Assembly: GCA_001804415.1 (NCBI GenBank)
Contig: MHGA01000041.1
Coordinates: 1 to 59,925, forward strand
Length of the DNA: 59,925 nt
Reading direction: 5' to 3'
Source of the DNA: Candidatus Aquivivens invisus
GTDB taxonomy: Bacteria; Omnitrophota; Gorgyraeia; Aquiviventales; Aquiviventaceae
The translations under genes were made by a program, and so were the position numbers. Shown here one piece after another: positions 59,862 through 59,925 of this stretch. Each line of letters opens with the position of its first letter. Positions within the stretch are counted from its first letter, which is position 1. The notes under the pieces were generated by a model that saw only the letters and a list, made by a program, of their open reading frames with translations, was not told the DNA's origin and made no database searches.

Positions 59862-59898
59862 CCAAATGTGCCAGCCCAGACCAGCTAGGCGGCGCCAG
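59862..59898 (-). repeat. Boundary repeat A4
   Basis: ccaaatgtgccagcccagaccagctaggcggcgccag links the A3 and A2 sequences. Confidence 0.8.
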
Positions 59899-59925
59899 CC
59901 CCCGCGGCTTGTTTTGCCAAGCAAA

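Noticed and set aside
52408-59898. Repeat family A as integron attC sites (RYYYAAC seen in A1 and A2 on the minus strand)
   Set aside because: No matching GTTRRRY with the required whole-site dyad symmetry was found and no intI is in the window. Not formally excluded without IntegronFinder.

Overview
GC-rich chromosomal window from a diderm bacterium. The ptsN-yvcK-GH57-HPr-ptsI-metK-ahcY order and LptF/G pair suggest a PVC-group/Omnitrophota-like genome; this is inference, not verified. Almost all genes are on the minus strand. (1) 1-9.4 kb, accessory: Zeta-like ATPase pair, GGQ release-factor homologue, AbrB with a truncated Doc, and a beta-barrel/transglutaminase/His-rich protein/ferritin-VIT1/NirK unit behind a strongly paired 5' leader. 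(2) 9.4-51 kb, core metabolism: GH94-like phosphorylase, comF, lptFG, ahcY/metK, PTS-GH57 cluster, four tRNAs, aspA-like lyase, two 2-oxoacid:ferredoxin oxidoreductase pairs, class I aldolase, thiC, folE, pepA, apgM, an IscS-like protein lacking the PLP lysine, mrp and gltB. (3) 51-60 kb, toxin-antitoxin/defence island: Fic, tripartite HipBST-like, AbiE, and an AbiEii-type nucleotidyltransferase coupled to an unusual three-domain partner. The most unusual signals are non-coding: three unrelated families of promoter-bearing direct repeats that delimit accessory modules, many 7/8-mer tandem and inverted micro-arrays at gene junctions (some translated), nested palindromic MITE-like elements, and a candidate sRNA. 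No CRISPR array, rRNA, integrase or transposase was seen. All calls come from manual motif reading; no database searches were run.
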